DNA of 64,000 nucleotides from Brevinematales bacterium (GTDB lineage Bacteria > Spirochaetota > Brevinematia > DTOW01), in contig JAOAHF010000011.1 in NCBI GenBank assembly GCA_026415355.1, positions 3,519 to 67,518 of the forward strand. The letters are read 5' to 3'. The notes beneath the pieces were generated by a model. That model had not been told where the DNA came from. It did no database searches and worked only from the letters and a program-made list of their open reading frames with translations. Each line of letters starts with the position of its first letter. Within the stretch, counting starts at the first letter, position 1. The translations under genes and the position numbers were made by a program. This document shows, one piece after another, positions 21,145 to 31,235 of this stretch.

Positions 21145-22188
21145 TTATTGAGCTCTCTGCTGACCTTGCTGACCCGACTCTTGAGATGCTGCTTTTCGCT
21201 TTTTTTCAAGCTCAACAAGCTCAACTTGATCTATAATTCTTCTAAGAGATCTCTTCGTGTATTCTATTTTTTCTTTTGACAAGATTTGCCAATATTTCTC
21301 ATCATCAATATCAAGCTCTTCTTGTACTACTGCTCTATCGAATGATAGAGACACATCTTTAAAGTATACTACAAAATCACCACCTGGCTCCTCTTGTGGT
21401 TTGTAAATCTTAAAGTACGCAAACTCCTTGAACGGCAAAGATCTAGGATACAAAGGTAATCTTTGTAATATCCTCTGGTTAACTTGTTCTATATAGTTGG
21501 GATTTTCCCAAGCAAGTCTTCTCCAACCTTGGAAGAATAATGGCCCCATAAAGTACTCTTCTTCAACTCCATCTTCATTCCTAAGTACAACGGATACCAA
21601 ATGCTTATAATTCCTACCAGAAACCCAAAGAGAAACTCTTTTAACTTGTAGAACATTCATAATGATGCCATTTTTAACTCTTTCCTCATCAGTGTACTGT
21701 TGCTTAGAAAAATCCGCTTCGGAATCAACTGGAGAACCATCCAAATAGTAAGGGGTAAATCTAAACGGTGGAAGTACTTTTGCGTTAGATAGGAAAGGAT
21801 TAACTGGGAATTTTATCCTCACACCCATTACATCACCCCACCTTTTACTCTGAACCTTAAGTAAGTACGAGCTTACTATATTTGGTATAAACCTAGCAGA
21901 TGATACTAGTTCTACTTTCCAGTTTTCTATCTTCCAAGACGCAGGATCAAACCATATATCAAGCAATTTTTGAGCATTCTCTTGAGAATAAAACCATTCT
22001 CGATACAGGTCAAGCCCTTCTTGCTTATACTTATCTACAAGATTCTGCAAATTTTGTTTTTCTTTTGACAGATACTGGCCTATTTTTTCCTCATAATTAC
22101 CAAAATCAATAAGTGTCCTTTCTATCTCCCCGTAAACCATCCCGACAACTATTAATAAAAGCACTCCAGCAACAACTACCTTCTTCAT
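21145..22188 (-). CDS. flaA: Spirochete flagellar filament outer-layer (sheath) protein FlaA
   Basis: Signal peptide; TLIDF, NWKVELVSSAR, MGVRIKFP, MGPLFFQGWRRLAWENPNYI, PLYP, GDFVVYFKDV; strong AAGGAGG SD. Confidence 0.9.
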   Translation of the reverse strand: MKKVVVAGVLLLIVVGMVYGEIERTLIDFGNYEEKIGQYLSKEKQNLQNLVDKYKQEGLDLYREWFYSQENAQKLLDIWFDPASWKIENWKVELVSSARFIPNIVSSYLLKVQSKRWGDVMGVRIKFPVNPFLSNAKVLPPFRFTPYYLDGSPVDSEADFSKQQYTDEERVKNGIIMNVLQVKRVSLWVSGRNYKHLVSVVLRNEDGVEEEYFMGPLFFQGWRRLAWENPNYIEQVNQRILQRLPLYPRSLPFKEFAYFKIYKPQEEPGGDFVVYFKDVSLSFDRAVVQEELDIDDEKYWQILSKEKIEYTKRSLRRIIDQVELVELEKKRKAASQESGQQGQQRAQ

Positions 22189-22214
22189 AAGAAGCCTCCT
22201 TTGTCTAGTTAGGA

Positions 22215-22242
22215 TTATCGGAAGGCCTCTTTTGTTAGTTTA
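22215..22242 (-). promoter_or_regulatory. Sigma28 (FliA)-type promoter of flaA
   Basis: TAAA-N16-TCCGATAA on minus strand, about 26 nt upstream of ATG. Confidence 0.7.
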
Positions 22243-22389
22243 AAGCCCCCAATACATCCTACTCTTCTGAATAGTATCATAAATCCAAAACACCTGTTTT
22301 TCAATAAAAAAAGAGAATAATTACACAAAAATAATAATCCAATACAAAAACAACAACATTATTAAGCATCTAGAAACTTAAAACTTCAC

Positions 22390-22418
22390 TTGAAAACTAA
22401 AAAGTGTTATTTTACAAT
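22390..22418 (+). promoter_or_regulatory. Sigma70 promoter abutting start codon (leaderless)
   Basis: TTGAAA-N17-TACAAT, 7 nt, then ATG 22426; no SD. Confidence 0.7.
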
Positions 22419-22425
22419 CCCAAGT

Positions 22426-23904
22426 ATGAAAGTAAGATCATTGTTAACTACAGCACTATTTTTCATATCTCAATATGCCTTAGCAAACACGAATGTATTA
22501 TTTTATAAAGATGGAGTACTAGTTAGAATAAACCTAAAAACAAACATCATATACCTACCTAATGGAGATTACAACATGAAAATCGAAGATAATACCATAT
22601 TAGAATCCTTTATAACTAATATTACCGATAACAAATTACTAGCTGAGTTAAGTAACATACTAAAAGAAATAAAATATGCTGAAAGTAAAATGCAGGATAC
22701 CCAATACGAGATAAACAGACTAAACGATAATCTTGACATTCTAAAAATCATAATTGGATCATCTGGTCAAAAAGATCAAAAAAGTATTAACAGCCTTGTT
22801 GAAGAGTACAATAACATCTACAAAAAAATTATCAACCTAAAAAAAGAACTACAATTACTAGAAACTCAAAAAGAAGATAAAGAAAAGATTGTCAAAGAGC
22901 TAGAAGAGAAAATAGCATCTTCAACTCAAACGTATAAAGTCTTCATACTTTCAAAACCATTTGGAACACTAAATCTCCTATTATCAGGAGGCTGGGAAAG
23001 TAGTTACAAATTAAATGCTGATAATAACACTATAACAACAAAAATTATAGTATCACTACCTAAAGGTTTCAAATTTAAATCCTATAAGACAACTTTCTAT
23101 ACTTTTAGAATGGAGAAAGAATACGTTAGGATAAACCTCGATAAACTTATAGGCAACATCTACGAAACAAGATACTTCAAAACTGCTATTAAACCAAGTA
23201 TTATGAAAAAAACCATGAATGTAGATAATTATGAAGAAGAAGAGGAAGAAAGTGAAAGAATAAGTGAAAAAGGTTTAGATGTTGGAATAGCTTTTGAATT
23301 AGATAAAGAGATTACTGTAGAAAATGGATCAGAGATAACAATATCTACTAATCCTATAAGTATTCAAAAGAGATATATTGCTATACCCTCAAAATACCCA
23401 AAAGGTATCATGACACTAATAATATCAAACAACCTACCCAATTCTATCCTGCCAGGAGAACTTGAAATATCATTTGGTCAAGCTACAATAAGTGGTTTAG
23501 TCATAGATAGCGTAATACCAAGAAACAGTGTATTCGAAACATACGGATTATTAATAAATGAAATAGACGTAAAAAGAGAAATAGTTGAGGAGAAAACCGA
23601 AAATCCTAAATTCCTTGGAACCAACAAGAGAATTGTTAGAGTATTCAAAAATTCAATCAAAAATAACCTATCAAGTGATATAGAAATAACTATAATCGAC
23701 AGAATACCAATACCTTCAGACGATAGGATAAAAATAGGCATAGAAAGAATAATACCATCTCCCACTTCAAATTACGAACAGATAATGAAAGAAAGTATAT
23801 TTAATATAAAAATTCCTGTCGCTAAAGGCAAAGAAGTAAGCACTACTGTTTCCTATTGGGTTGAATACCCAGCAGATCTACGTTACTATGAATACGAAAG
23901 ATGA
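22426..23904 (+). CDS. DUF4139-like exported protein with coiled coil
   Basis: Signal peptide, coiled coil, ILPGELEI, IKNNLSSDIEITIIDRIP, C-terminal VEYP. Confidence 0.65.
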   Translation: MKVRSLLTTALFFISQYALANTNVLFYKDGVLVRINLKTNIIYLPNGDYNMKIEDNTILESFITNITDNKLLAELSNILKEIKYAESKMQDTQYEINRLNDNLDILKIIIGSSGQKDQKSINSLVEEYNNIYKKIINLKKELQLLETQKEDKEKIVKELEEKIASSTQTYKVFILSKPFGTLNLLLSGGWESSYKLNADNNTITTKIIVSLPKGFKFKSYKTTFYTFRMEKEYVRINLDKLIGNIYETRYFKTAIKPSIMKKTMNVDNYEEEEEESERISEKGLDVGIAFELDKEITVENGSEITISTNPISIQKRYIAIPSKYPKGIMTLIISNNLPNSILPGELEISFGQATISGLVIDSVIPRNSVFETYGLLINEIDVKREIVEEKTENPKFLGTNKRIVRVFKNSIKNNLSSDIEITIIDRIPIPSDDRIKIGIERIIPSPTSNYEQIMKESIFNIKIPVAKGKEVSTTVSYWVEYPADLRYYEYER

Positions 23905-24972
23905 TTACTTACTGATATTAAAAAATTTTTTTAACATATTTGCTCTTTCTCTACCTATAAAAGATTCTGTTGGTGGTATATTCGAATGAAGCATTATACT
24001 AGCATCTCTCAAAAAAACCAATAAAAAGTTAATTAGCTCACTTAAATCAACTATTTCCTTATCTCTTAGAGAACTCAAGAATGAAACTATGCTTAGCTTT
24101 GATATAATATTCACAAATGCTTTGTAGTGTATAAAGTTAGCACTTTTCACAGTAGTCTTGAAATCATTATAGTCTTTGACTATGTTAAAAGTACTAAACT
24201 TATCACCTAGTTTCATTCTTTCTTTTATTTCAATCTCTCTGACTCTCTCAATAAGTGATTTAAACATTATTTTATTTGCTATCATAGACTTGTCTGGTTG
24301 AAACGCAAAACTAAACTCCATAAAGTTTGTCCTATCGTAAAGAGGATTATGGTTATAGTAAACACCATTTGAAGAAAGAGTATCAATAATATTCTCCAAA
24401 TTGTTAGAATTTCTAAGCCCCCATATATTCAAAAGGAATTTCATCTTGACACCATGTCCTATTGTTGAAATATCACTGGTTATGTATCCATAGGATTTAT
24501 TGAAAGAAGGTACAAAATACTCATCAAATAGTATACTCATCCTTTCAACAGTATCAAAAACTTCATCAATGCCATTACCAAGATATGTAGTTCTCAAATA
24601 GAAATGATCATAAACATTAGTAGTTATCGAATACTTTGCCCTATTCTCCAAGTAAATTCTGACATTTCTACTTTTACCACCTAAAAACTTTATAATCTCA
24701 TAATCAAGGATCTCTCTATCTATAAGACCTAAAAGTTCATTATCTTTTGATGTTATTGATGTAATATCAGTTATGTTCTCATAATCTGGGAGAGTATTCA
24801 AGAATTCTTTTACTCTAGAATTTATTTCTTTTTTCTGCTTATCTTCAAGTCTCATGGGTAAATCATAGCCTGCCATGTTCCTAGAAAGAGTAAGAACAGT
24901 ATAAACTACAAAACTCTCATCCTTCCTAACCTGATTCGGCATTAACCTATTAAAAGAAACACTCTGTATCAT
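23905..24972 (-). CDS. McsB-like ATP:guanido phosphotransferase fold, catalytic motifs degenerate
   Basis: LSRNMAGYDLP, TTNVYDH (cf. NEEDH), YGYITSDISTIGHGVK (cf. GYLTSCPTNVGTGLR); 355 aa. Confidence 0.7.
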   Translation of the reverse strand: MIQSVSFNRLMPNQVRKDESFVVYTVLTLSRNMAGYDLPMRLEDKQKKEINSRVKEFLNTLPDYENITDITSITSKDNELLGLIDREILDYEIIKFLGGKSRNVRIYLENRAKYSITTNVYDHFYLRTTYLGNGIDEVFDTVERMSILFDEYFVPSFNKSYGYITSDISTIGHGVKMKFLLNIWGLRNSNNLENIIDTLSSNGVYYNHNPLYDRTNFMEFSFAFQPDKSMIANKIMFKSLIERVREIEIKERMKLGDKFSTFNIVKDYNDFKTTVKSANFIHYKAFVNIISKLSIVSFLSSLRDKEIVDLSELINFLLVFLRDASIMLHSNIPPTESFIGRERANMLKKFFNISK

Positions 24973-25156
24973 CGCTTAAAAATATAAGTATTATCTACAT
25001 AAATATCAAACTCAAAATTCTACTACAAGTTTTACAAAATCAAATACTCCAATAAAGTACAATAATGAAATTCCTAAACCTACTCAATATGCGATTTTTA
25101 AACATACTTAGCCTAAAAATGATATAAATTATATCCTTTATTTAAAATACTTCTCT

Positions 25157-26785
25157 ATGAAAAGATCACTAATAATATTTTGTTTAGCACTAGCAATCTC
25201 AACTCTCTCATGTACCCCAAATATCAACAAACTAAAAATAACAGAACCTGTTTTAAAAACAGATATAGTAGTTTCAATAGCAGAAATAAAATCTATAAAG
25301 ACTAATTATATCATAGATCTTTCCCACAAAGTAGATCTAATAACCAAATTAGGAGAAAAGTTAGAATCACCAAAACACGAAGATGAAACTAAAGATATTA
25401 CTATAACAAACATTACAAGTAATGAAAAAGCTATCCAAACATCACAAGATCAAACAAACTTAATACCAACAAAAACCAAGAAATTTATAGATTTAGATAA
25501 CATCATAAAAAACACTATATCTATAAACTTAAAAAACTTCATAAGATACCTATCAAAATACAACTACAGTGTTGAGGAAATAAAAATACTCAACAGAGAC
25601 AAAATAGAAGAAGAGATACTAAAAACATACAACGATAAAGAGATAAAAGAGTACACTTACACTAAATACACAACAAATTTTATTAAACAAACTAACTATT
25701 ATGTCTTCATTACAAATACTAACATACTCGTAGCAGAAATTGTTGACAAAAATTTAGTTATAGAGGAAATTAAGTTGAAGGACAACATTTTCTTGAGTAA
25801 TGTTTTGATCAATTATGACTGGGTACTAAAATTAACTAATGGAGTTAACTTTACCGAGGGTAGTAAAGGGGATTTTTCAATATTAGTTTTCTACGATATT
25901 TACGAATCCCCCATTAATAGATATTTAACAAACATAATCATATCAATGGTTGTAATTGTTTCAAACCAAACTACCTCAAACTTTATCTTAATGAAAACAA
26001 ACCTAGAACTTATCGATTTCTTGTCTACTGATAGAAAAGTTTTCAACCAACTCAAACCATTTTTTTACAACTACAGAACAGGAATTCTAAAAGTAGAAAC
26101 AAAACCTGAAGATGTTGACATACTTGTAAATGACTTATATATGGGTAGAGGGAAAACTACTCCGGAATTTTTCTCTGAAGGAATCCATAAGATAACACTC
26201 TCAAAAGGTCCATTAATAATAGATGAGTATGTATATTTGAAAAGTGGTGCACTAAACATATACTCAAAAGACTTATCAGAAAACTACAAAAATACAAAGA
26301 AACTATACATAAACTCAATACCATTAGGAGCAGATACTTTCATAGAAAGTCAATACATTGGAAAAACACCAACAAATATAGTATTACCAACTGGTAAATA
26401 CAGAATATGGCTCAAAAAAAATAATCTAGAGAAATTTCTTGATATTGAACTTAATTCAGACACTAACCTGTCAGCAACTTTACAAGACCTAAATCAAAAT
26501 ACTGAATACAATGTAATGACTGGTATAACCATATTATTGGGTATAGCAACTGTTTCAAGTATATCTATGTTTTTCTGGGCTGATTCCCAAGAAAGATACT
26601 ATGACTTCCTATATAATCAATACGGAAAACCTGAATACCAAAAAATGAGAGAATACTATTATTACTTCAAAGATAACATGAGAACAACCTCAATAACAGG
26701 AACAATAGCAACTCTTATCTTATGGGGAATTACATTAGGAATTGAATCAGATAAGTTTTACATAAAACTAAATCATCAATTCTAA
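25157..26785 (+). CDS. PEGA-domain lipoprotein
   Basis: Lipobox LSC; two PEGA repeats (LKVETKPEDVDILVN..G, INSIPLGADTFIESQYIGKTP..LPTGKY); C-terminal hydrophobic segments. Confidence 0.75.
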   Translation: MKRSLIIFCLALAISTLSCTPNINKLKITEPVLKTDIVVSIAEIKSIKTNYIIDLSHKVDLITKLGEKLESPKHEDETKDITITNITSNEKAIQTSQDQTNLIPTKTKKFIDLDNIIKNTISINLKNFIRYLSKYNYSVEEIKILNRDKIEEEILKTYNDKEIKEYTYTKYTTNFIKQTNYYVFITNTNILVAEIVDKNLVIEEIKLKDNIFLSNVLINYDWVLKLTNGVNFTEGSKGDFSILVFYDIYESPINRYLTNIIISMVVIVSNQTTSNFILMKTNLELIDFLSTDRKVFNQLKPFFYNYRTGILKVETKPEDVDILVNDLYMGRGKTTPEFFSEGIHKITLSKGPLIIDEYVYLKSGALNIYSKDLSENYKNTKKLYINSIPLGADTFIESQYIGKTPTNIVLPTGKYRIWLKKNNLEKFLDIELNSDTNLSATLQDLNQNTEYNVMTGITILLGIATVSSISMFFWADSQERYYDFLYNQYGKPEYQKMREYYYYFKDNMRTTSITGTIATLILWGITLGIESDKFYIKLNHQF

Positions 26786-26865
26786 TACAACATCCATAAT
26801 CGTGAATATAAGTAAAGTAAAGTAAAAAAAACATCACAACTTCTTAAGGTTTCAAAAAAATTCTT

Positions 26866-27558
26866 TCAATTAGCTATAAGATTCTCAAATCTAGCATCTA
26901 TATACCTTACTGGCAACTTTTTTTGAATTATATATTTCGTTGATAAAAAAGCCTTCTTTAGTTTCTCAGAATTCATCCTACTACCAAAATATATATTTAT
27001 CTTATACAGAGAATTAAACCCATATATACCATCTTTATCAACTATAAAAACATCAGGGAAATATTTACTCATCTTTATACTTGCATCAGTAGCACTCACT
27101 GTACTTATTATGTTTTCAAGTACACCACTATCAGCAGAAACTTTCGGTACTATAGTTATTAGTTCATCGAAAATTTCTTTATCATACTTATCTACGGTAT
27201 TCATATCCTCGTCATAAAGTACATAACCATTTCCGTTAAAAACCTTAACCACAGGTTTCCTGTGTATAACATCAATATATACAGTATCAGGTGGATACAT
27301 TATAACTCTAACTCCTTTTAAATCTTCTGACATACGACTAACATTTTTTTCAATTATAACCTTATCAAGAAAAATAATATTCTTATCTTTTACCATATTT
27401 ACAATTACTTGATCTATGTACTCATTGTAGTTCTTGACATTATGGTTTATAGTTACGTTCTTGATTTTTAGCCTATCAGAATCGTAATACACTGCAAGCA
27501 ATACTAAGACTATCAAAATCGAAAGTATTATAACAAAAGTTAGTTTTATGAAGTTCAT
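26866..27558 (-). CDS. ftsQ: Cell division protein FtsQ/DivIB-like
   Basis: Single N-terminal TM, POTRA-like YPPDTVYIDVIHRKPV, C-terminal YIDARF. Confidence 0.72.
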   Translation of the reverse strand: MNFIKLTFVIILSILIVLVLLAVYYDSDRLKIKNVTINHNVKNYNEYIDQVIVNMVKDKNIIFLDKVIIEKNVSRMSEDLKGVRVIMYPPDTVYIDVIHRKPVVKVFNGNGYVLYDEDMNTVDKYDKEIFDELITIVPKVSADSGVLENIISTVSATDASIKMSKYFPDVFIVDKDGIYGFNSLYKINIYFGSRMNSEKLKKAFLSTKYIIQKKLPVRYIDARFENLIAN

Positions 27559-28064
27559 GATTTAAAATGCTGGCTTAGTAATTTTTTTATTCTTTGTATT
27601 GAATTGTCAACATATTTCTTTGTCTTACCGATCTTTTTCGCTATATCCTTATACTTGTATCCCATCAACCAGAGATCTAATATCTCCTTATCCTCTTCTG
27701 AAAAGAGTTTATCATTCGTCTCGATAAAAGTTTTTACTTGCTTTTCTAATATCCTAAGTTCGTAATCAGAGGATCTACTATCCACCATTTCTAGATTTTC
27801 ATCAAGCTCTTGTGTCTTATATTTTGAAAAAGATTTTAGATAGTTTATTATCTCATTCTTTACACACTTTCTTACGAAAGTTCTAATACTAGCTCCTCTT
27901 GATCTGTCAAATTTTGGTATAGATTCTATTGCTTTGACAGTACCCTCTTGTATTAAGTCTTGGATCAACTCTCTATACTCTGGCTTCCTTTTGATAATAT
28001 CTCTTACAACTTTCGAAACAATTCTTCGTATTTCATCATGAGTTATATCTGTTTGATTAAACAT
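27555..28064 (-). CDS. Alternative sigma-70 factor, SigH-like
   Basis: Region 2 QDLIQEG..FDRSRGASIRTF; region 4 GYKYKDIAKKIGKTKKYVDNSIQRIKK. ATG 28064 is preferred (GATAAT just upstream) over GTG 28106. Confidence 0.85.
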   Translation of the reverse strand: MFNQTDITHDEIRRIVSKVVRDIIKRKPEYRELIQDLIQEGTVKAIESIPKFDRSRGASIRTFVRKCVKNEIINYLKSFSKYKTQELDENLEMVDSRSSDYELRILEKQVKTFIETNDKLFSEEDKEILDLWLMGYKYKDIAKKIGKTKKYVDNSIQRIKKLLSQHFKS

Positions 28065-28120
28065 AAAAAAATTATCTAATCTAGAATTTAGATACTTTAA
28101 GGGCACTTTTCAACACATAT

Positions 28121-30451
28121 CTAGTTATTCGAAATCGATGCCCTAACAGTAGTAGTACTTTTTATAACAAAGTTGTCGTAGATAAACTTATTTTCCTTGA
28201 CAATTTTTGTATATTCTCTTGTCTCATGAAACCTTATACCTTCAACAAACATTATTTTATCTTGAGTCTTTAAAGAATCATACCATCTTCTAACTGCCGT
28301 TATACCGCCATTATAAGATGCTATAACTAAAACTTCTCTCATACTTTCTGGATACCTCGAGAAGAAATCAACAAGTTCTTTTAGATGAGATATCCCTAAA
28401 TGTAAGTTATTCTCAATCACAAAAACATCCAAACTCTTCAAAGGTTCTTTTGTCTTTAGAAATCTCTTAGCAGTAGCATCAGCAGTTGATAGTATTAACT
28501 GCATAAGTCCTATAGCATTAGCAACCGAAACTACAAAGGGAGAAAATCTACTTTCCTGCCTCATTATAGAATAAACAAGAGATTTATCAATACCATAAAC
28601 AAAACAAAACTTATCTACTCTATCTTCAAAAGGAGTAGGATATAACTCATCCAAAAAAGCAATTGTATAGAATGCTCTCAAAAAGTATATATTGTTGTTC
28701 TGAAAACCAAATCTCTCATAAGATCTAACTACATAATCAACCATTCCCAGATTTTTAAAATCCTCTACCAACATTATATTAGGCCTCGGTATTATATACC
28801 TGACTTCAAGATGAGCATCCAAAATAATCCCTTTACTATACATTGAATAAATATAATTAGGCAAACTTGTTACCATATTTGTTTCTATCTCATTGGTCTG
28901 AAAATTGGCATTTGATACAGAAACTCTTTGAAAGAGAAGCTTCTTCTTAAATTTTTCAACTTCCTCATATACGTTGACATCACTATCCCAATTAAGACCA
29001 AATTTATCTACTATATACCTAAAACCTATCAAGGCATTAAGATCATCCAGATTAGAATTTGTCTTATATCTACCTAGAATAGACATATAATTATTAGAAA
29101 GTATTAGCATAACCCTTTCTTTCAATTCAGTATTTGTATCGAGAAGCTCTAACATTGCTATGTATTCATAAGTAAAAGGGAACCTCGTAATTATATCACT
29201 TGCTATTGAAGGTTTGTTATCCGAGAATAAGAAAGATAACAATAGAAATTCTTTCTCCCAATATGTATTTTTTGTCCTCTTTAGCATAAATGATACAAAT
29301 TCATTTATCTCACTCATATTTCCCTCGTGTAGATTATAGGAGATAAAGGCAGACAAGAATCCCTTTGTCGACGTTGTAAGTCCAACTCTTGAGTAATAGT
29401 TGGTTATAAAATTTAAGTAAACTTTAGGACTTAATAATCTGTAATTTCTCAAAACATAGGACAGAAATTCAACTCCTCCTGTTTTAACATACTTACTCGC
29501 AATATTATTAAATTCCTTACCATTGTTTCCTAAAACCCTCAAATTAAGTATTAACAACTTATCAAATGATATGTTATACGAATCAAAAATCTTTTTATTT
29601 GTCTCATAGTCCTTCAAAGTTCTTTCCAATATCGGTTTAGCCTTATCATATTCCTTTGTCTCAGTATAGAGTAATGCTGAATAATAATCACGTATTTGAC
29701 TAGGCAAAGAGGTAGTAAGAAAAAGTTTCACACCATCTATTACAAAACCAGAAGAAATAAGATTTCCTGACACAGACACTAATGAAGAGGAATTTTTATA
29801 ACTCCTACCAACAAGAGCTCTGACTATATCGTCTGACTTTTTGTTTTTCTTCATCAACTGAAGAAAAGTAGAAACAAAAACAGCAAAATTATCATCGGAA
29901 ATCTTTAATAACTCTACAACTTTGTCAACATCATTATCCTTTAAAAAGCTTACCTTAAAGTCTATTATTCGAGCTTTACCTACAAATATAGAGTTTCTGA
30001 ATGAATAGTATCGTATATGATCAGTATAGTATTTTAAGTATTCATTAGTAGATACATAAGATATAATCTTTTGAGAATCCTCAAACATGCCAAGTTCTGA
30101 AAGAGAAAACCCCACAAGTAGAATCACATTATTTGATAGAAATTTGTCACTTATAAAATAGTTAGTAAAGTCAAGTAGATCATGATAATTTGAAACTCTA
30201 TACAATGAACTAGCAACTATATAAATTAGCTCAGGTGACAAGTTTTTTATCAAATTATTTGTTCTAAATCTCTGATAATTAGTAGAAACATACTCAAAAT
30301 CCATATCATTGTATGCTCTAACCATACAACTTATAACATCCTGTGGGCTACCCTCGTATATCCTTACTCCCATTCCAACTGTAACTATGAATACCAAAAC
30401 AGCTACAATTACAACCCCAACGATAAGAATCCAATTTCTAAATATTACCAT
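28121..30451 (-). CDS. Soluble lytic transglycosylase (SLT domain, helical N-terminus)
   Basis: IMRQESRF, AIGLMQL, ASYNGG, ETREY. Confidence 0.9.
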   Translation of the reverse strand: MVIFRNWILIVGVVIVAVLVFIVTVGMGVRIYEGSPQDVISCMVRAYNDMDFEYVSTNYQRFRTNNLIKNLSPELIYIVASSLYRVSNYHDLLDFTNYFISDKFLSNNVILLVGFSLSELGMFEDSQKIISYVSTNEYLKYYTDHIRYYSFRNSIFVGKARIIDFKVSFLKDNDVDKVVELLKISDDNFAVFVSTFLQLMKKNKKSDDIVRALVGRSYKNSSSLVSVSGNLISSGFVIDGVKLFLTTSLPSQIRDYYSALLYTETKEYDKAKPILERTLKDYETNKKIFDSYNISFDKLLILNLRVLGNNGKEFNNIASKYVKTGGVEFLSYVLRNYRLLSPKVYLNFITNYYSRVGLTTSTKGFLSAFISYNLHEGNMSEINEFVSFMLKRTKNTYWEKEFLLLSFLFSDNKPSIASDIITRFPFTYEYIAMLELLDTNTELKERVMLILSNNYMSILGRYKTNSNLDDLNALIGFRYIVDKFGLNWDSDVNVYEEVEKFKKKLLFQRVSVSNANFQTNEIETNMVTSLPNYIYSMYSKGIILDAHLEVRYIIPRPNIMLVEDFKNLGMVDYVVRSYERFGFQNNNIYFLRAFYTIAFLDELYPTPFEDRVDKFCFVYGIDKSLVYSIMRQESRFSPFVVSVANAIGLMQLILSTADATAKRFLKTKEPLKSLDVFVIENNLHLGISHLKELVDFFSRYPESMREVLVIASYNGGITAVRRWYDSLKTQDKIMFVEGIRFHETREYTKIVKENKFIYDNFVIKSTTTVRASISNN

Positions 30452-30483
30452 AATCTTATTATGGATCTAAGTAATAATTAAAA

Positions 30484-31055
30484 TCAAAATAGGTAAGGTA
30501 TAAACATTTTAGTCTTACTCTTGTATTCAACATATTCTGATCCAAATTTTTCCTCAAGAATCCTCTCTTCTATTGGTAACCTCAAAACTACCAAAGAAAG
30601 CATGATAAGTTCACCTAATAACGAAAAAAACCACCATCCAGTTATTAAAAATCCAGATATAAATAACACTATATAGCAGCATATATAGGATGTCTTATAT
30701 AAGCATAAGGACCTTCCTTGACAAGTCTCTTTGCCTTATCAACAGATGGACTAAAGTTTTCACCAAGCTTAGCATGATCCCAAAATATCAAAAATAAACA
30801 AAACACCGAAAGTACAGTGCCTACATACATAAATTCTATAGGTAACTGTGTATCTTCATAAGAGTTGGATACAAATCAAATAGATAAAAGTATGTCGCTA
30901 CTATTAAAACTACACCAAGTACATTTCTATAAACAACCAAAAATGGAGGTTCAAGTCCTTTGTAACTATCAAAGAATGAATGAGAAAAAAAACTTAAAAT
31001 AAGTTCTACCAACAAGCAGCACCAGAAAAATAATACCAAATACTACTTTTTCCAT
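30484..31055 (-). pseudogene. ICMT/PEMT-family membrane methyltransferase pseudogene (3 frameshifts)
   Basis: Joined frames give MEKVVFG...LGENFSPSV...LVKEGPYAYIRHPIY...EERILEEKFGSEYVEYKSKTKMFIPYLF; shifts at about 30988, 30849 and 30672. Confidence 0.82.
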
Positions 31056-31235
31056 ACAATTACCTCTATTTTTCGGTAATTTATGTATAACACTTCCTGC
31101 AATTGTCAAATTGACTTCCAGAAGTTTCTTGATAGGAAGTATTTTAATCCTTTACTATTATTTTACTTTCAGCAAACAGAGAAGATTTGTTATCTTTAAC
31201 AAATCAATATATATTACCTTTTTGAGGGGTTTTGT

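Noticed and set aside
21033-21224. 63-aa ORF overlapping the flaA 3' end
   Set aside because: It runs through the flaA terminator hairpin, with no RBS or motif
30484-31039. Two small ORFs (30484-30669 and 30836-31039) as separate genes
   Set aside because: They are pieces of one frameshifted ICMT-family pseudogene
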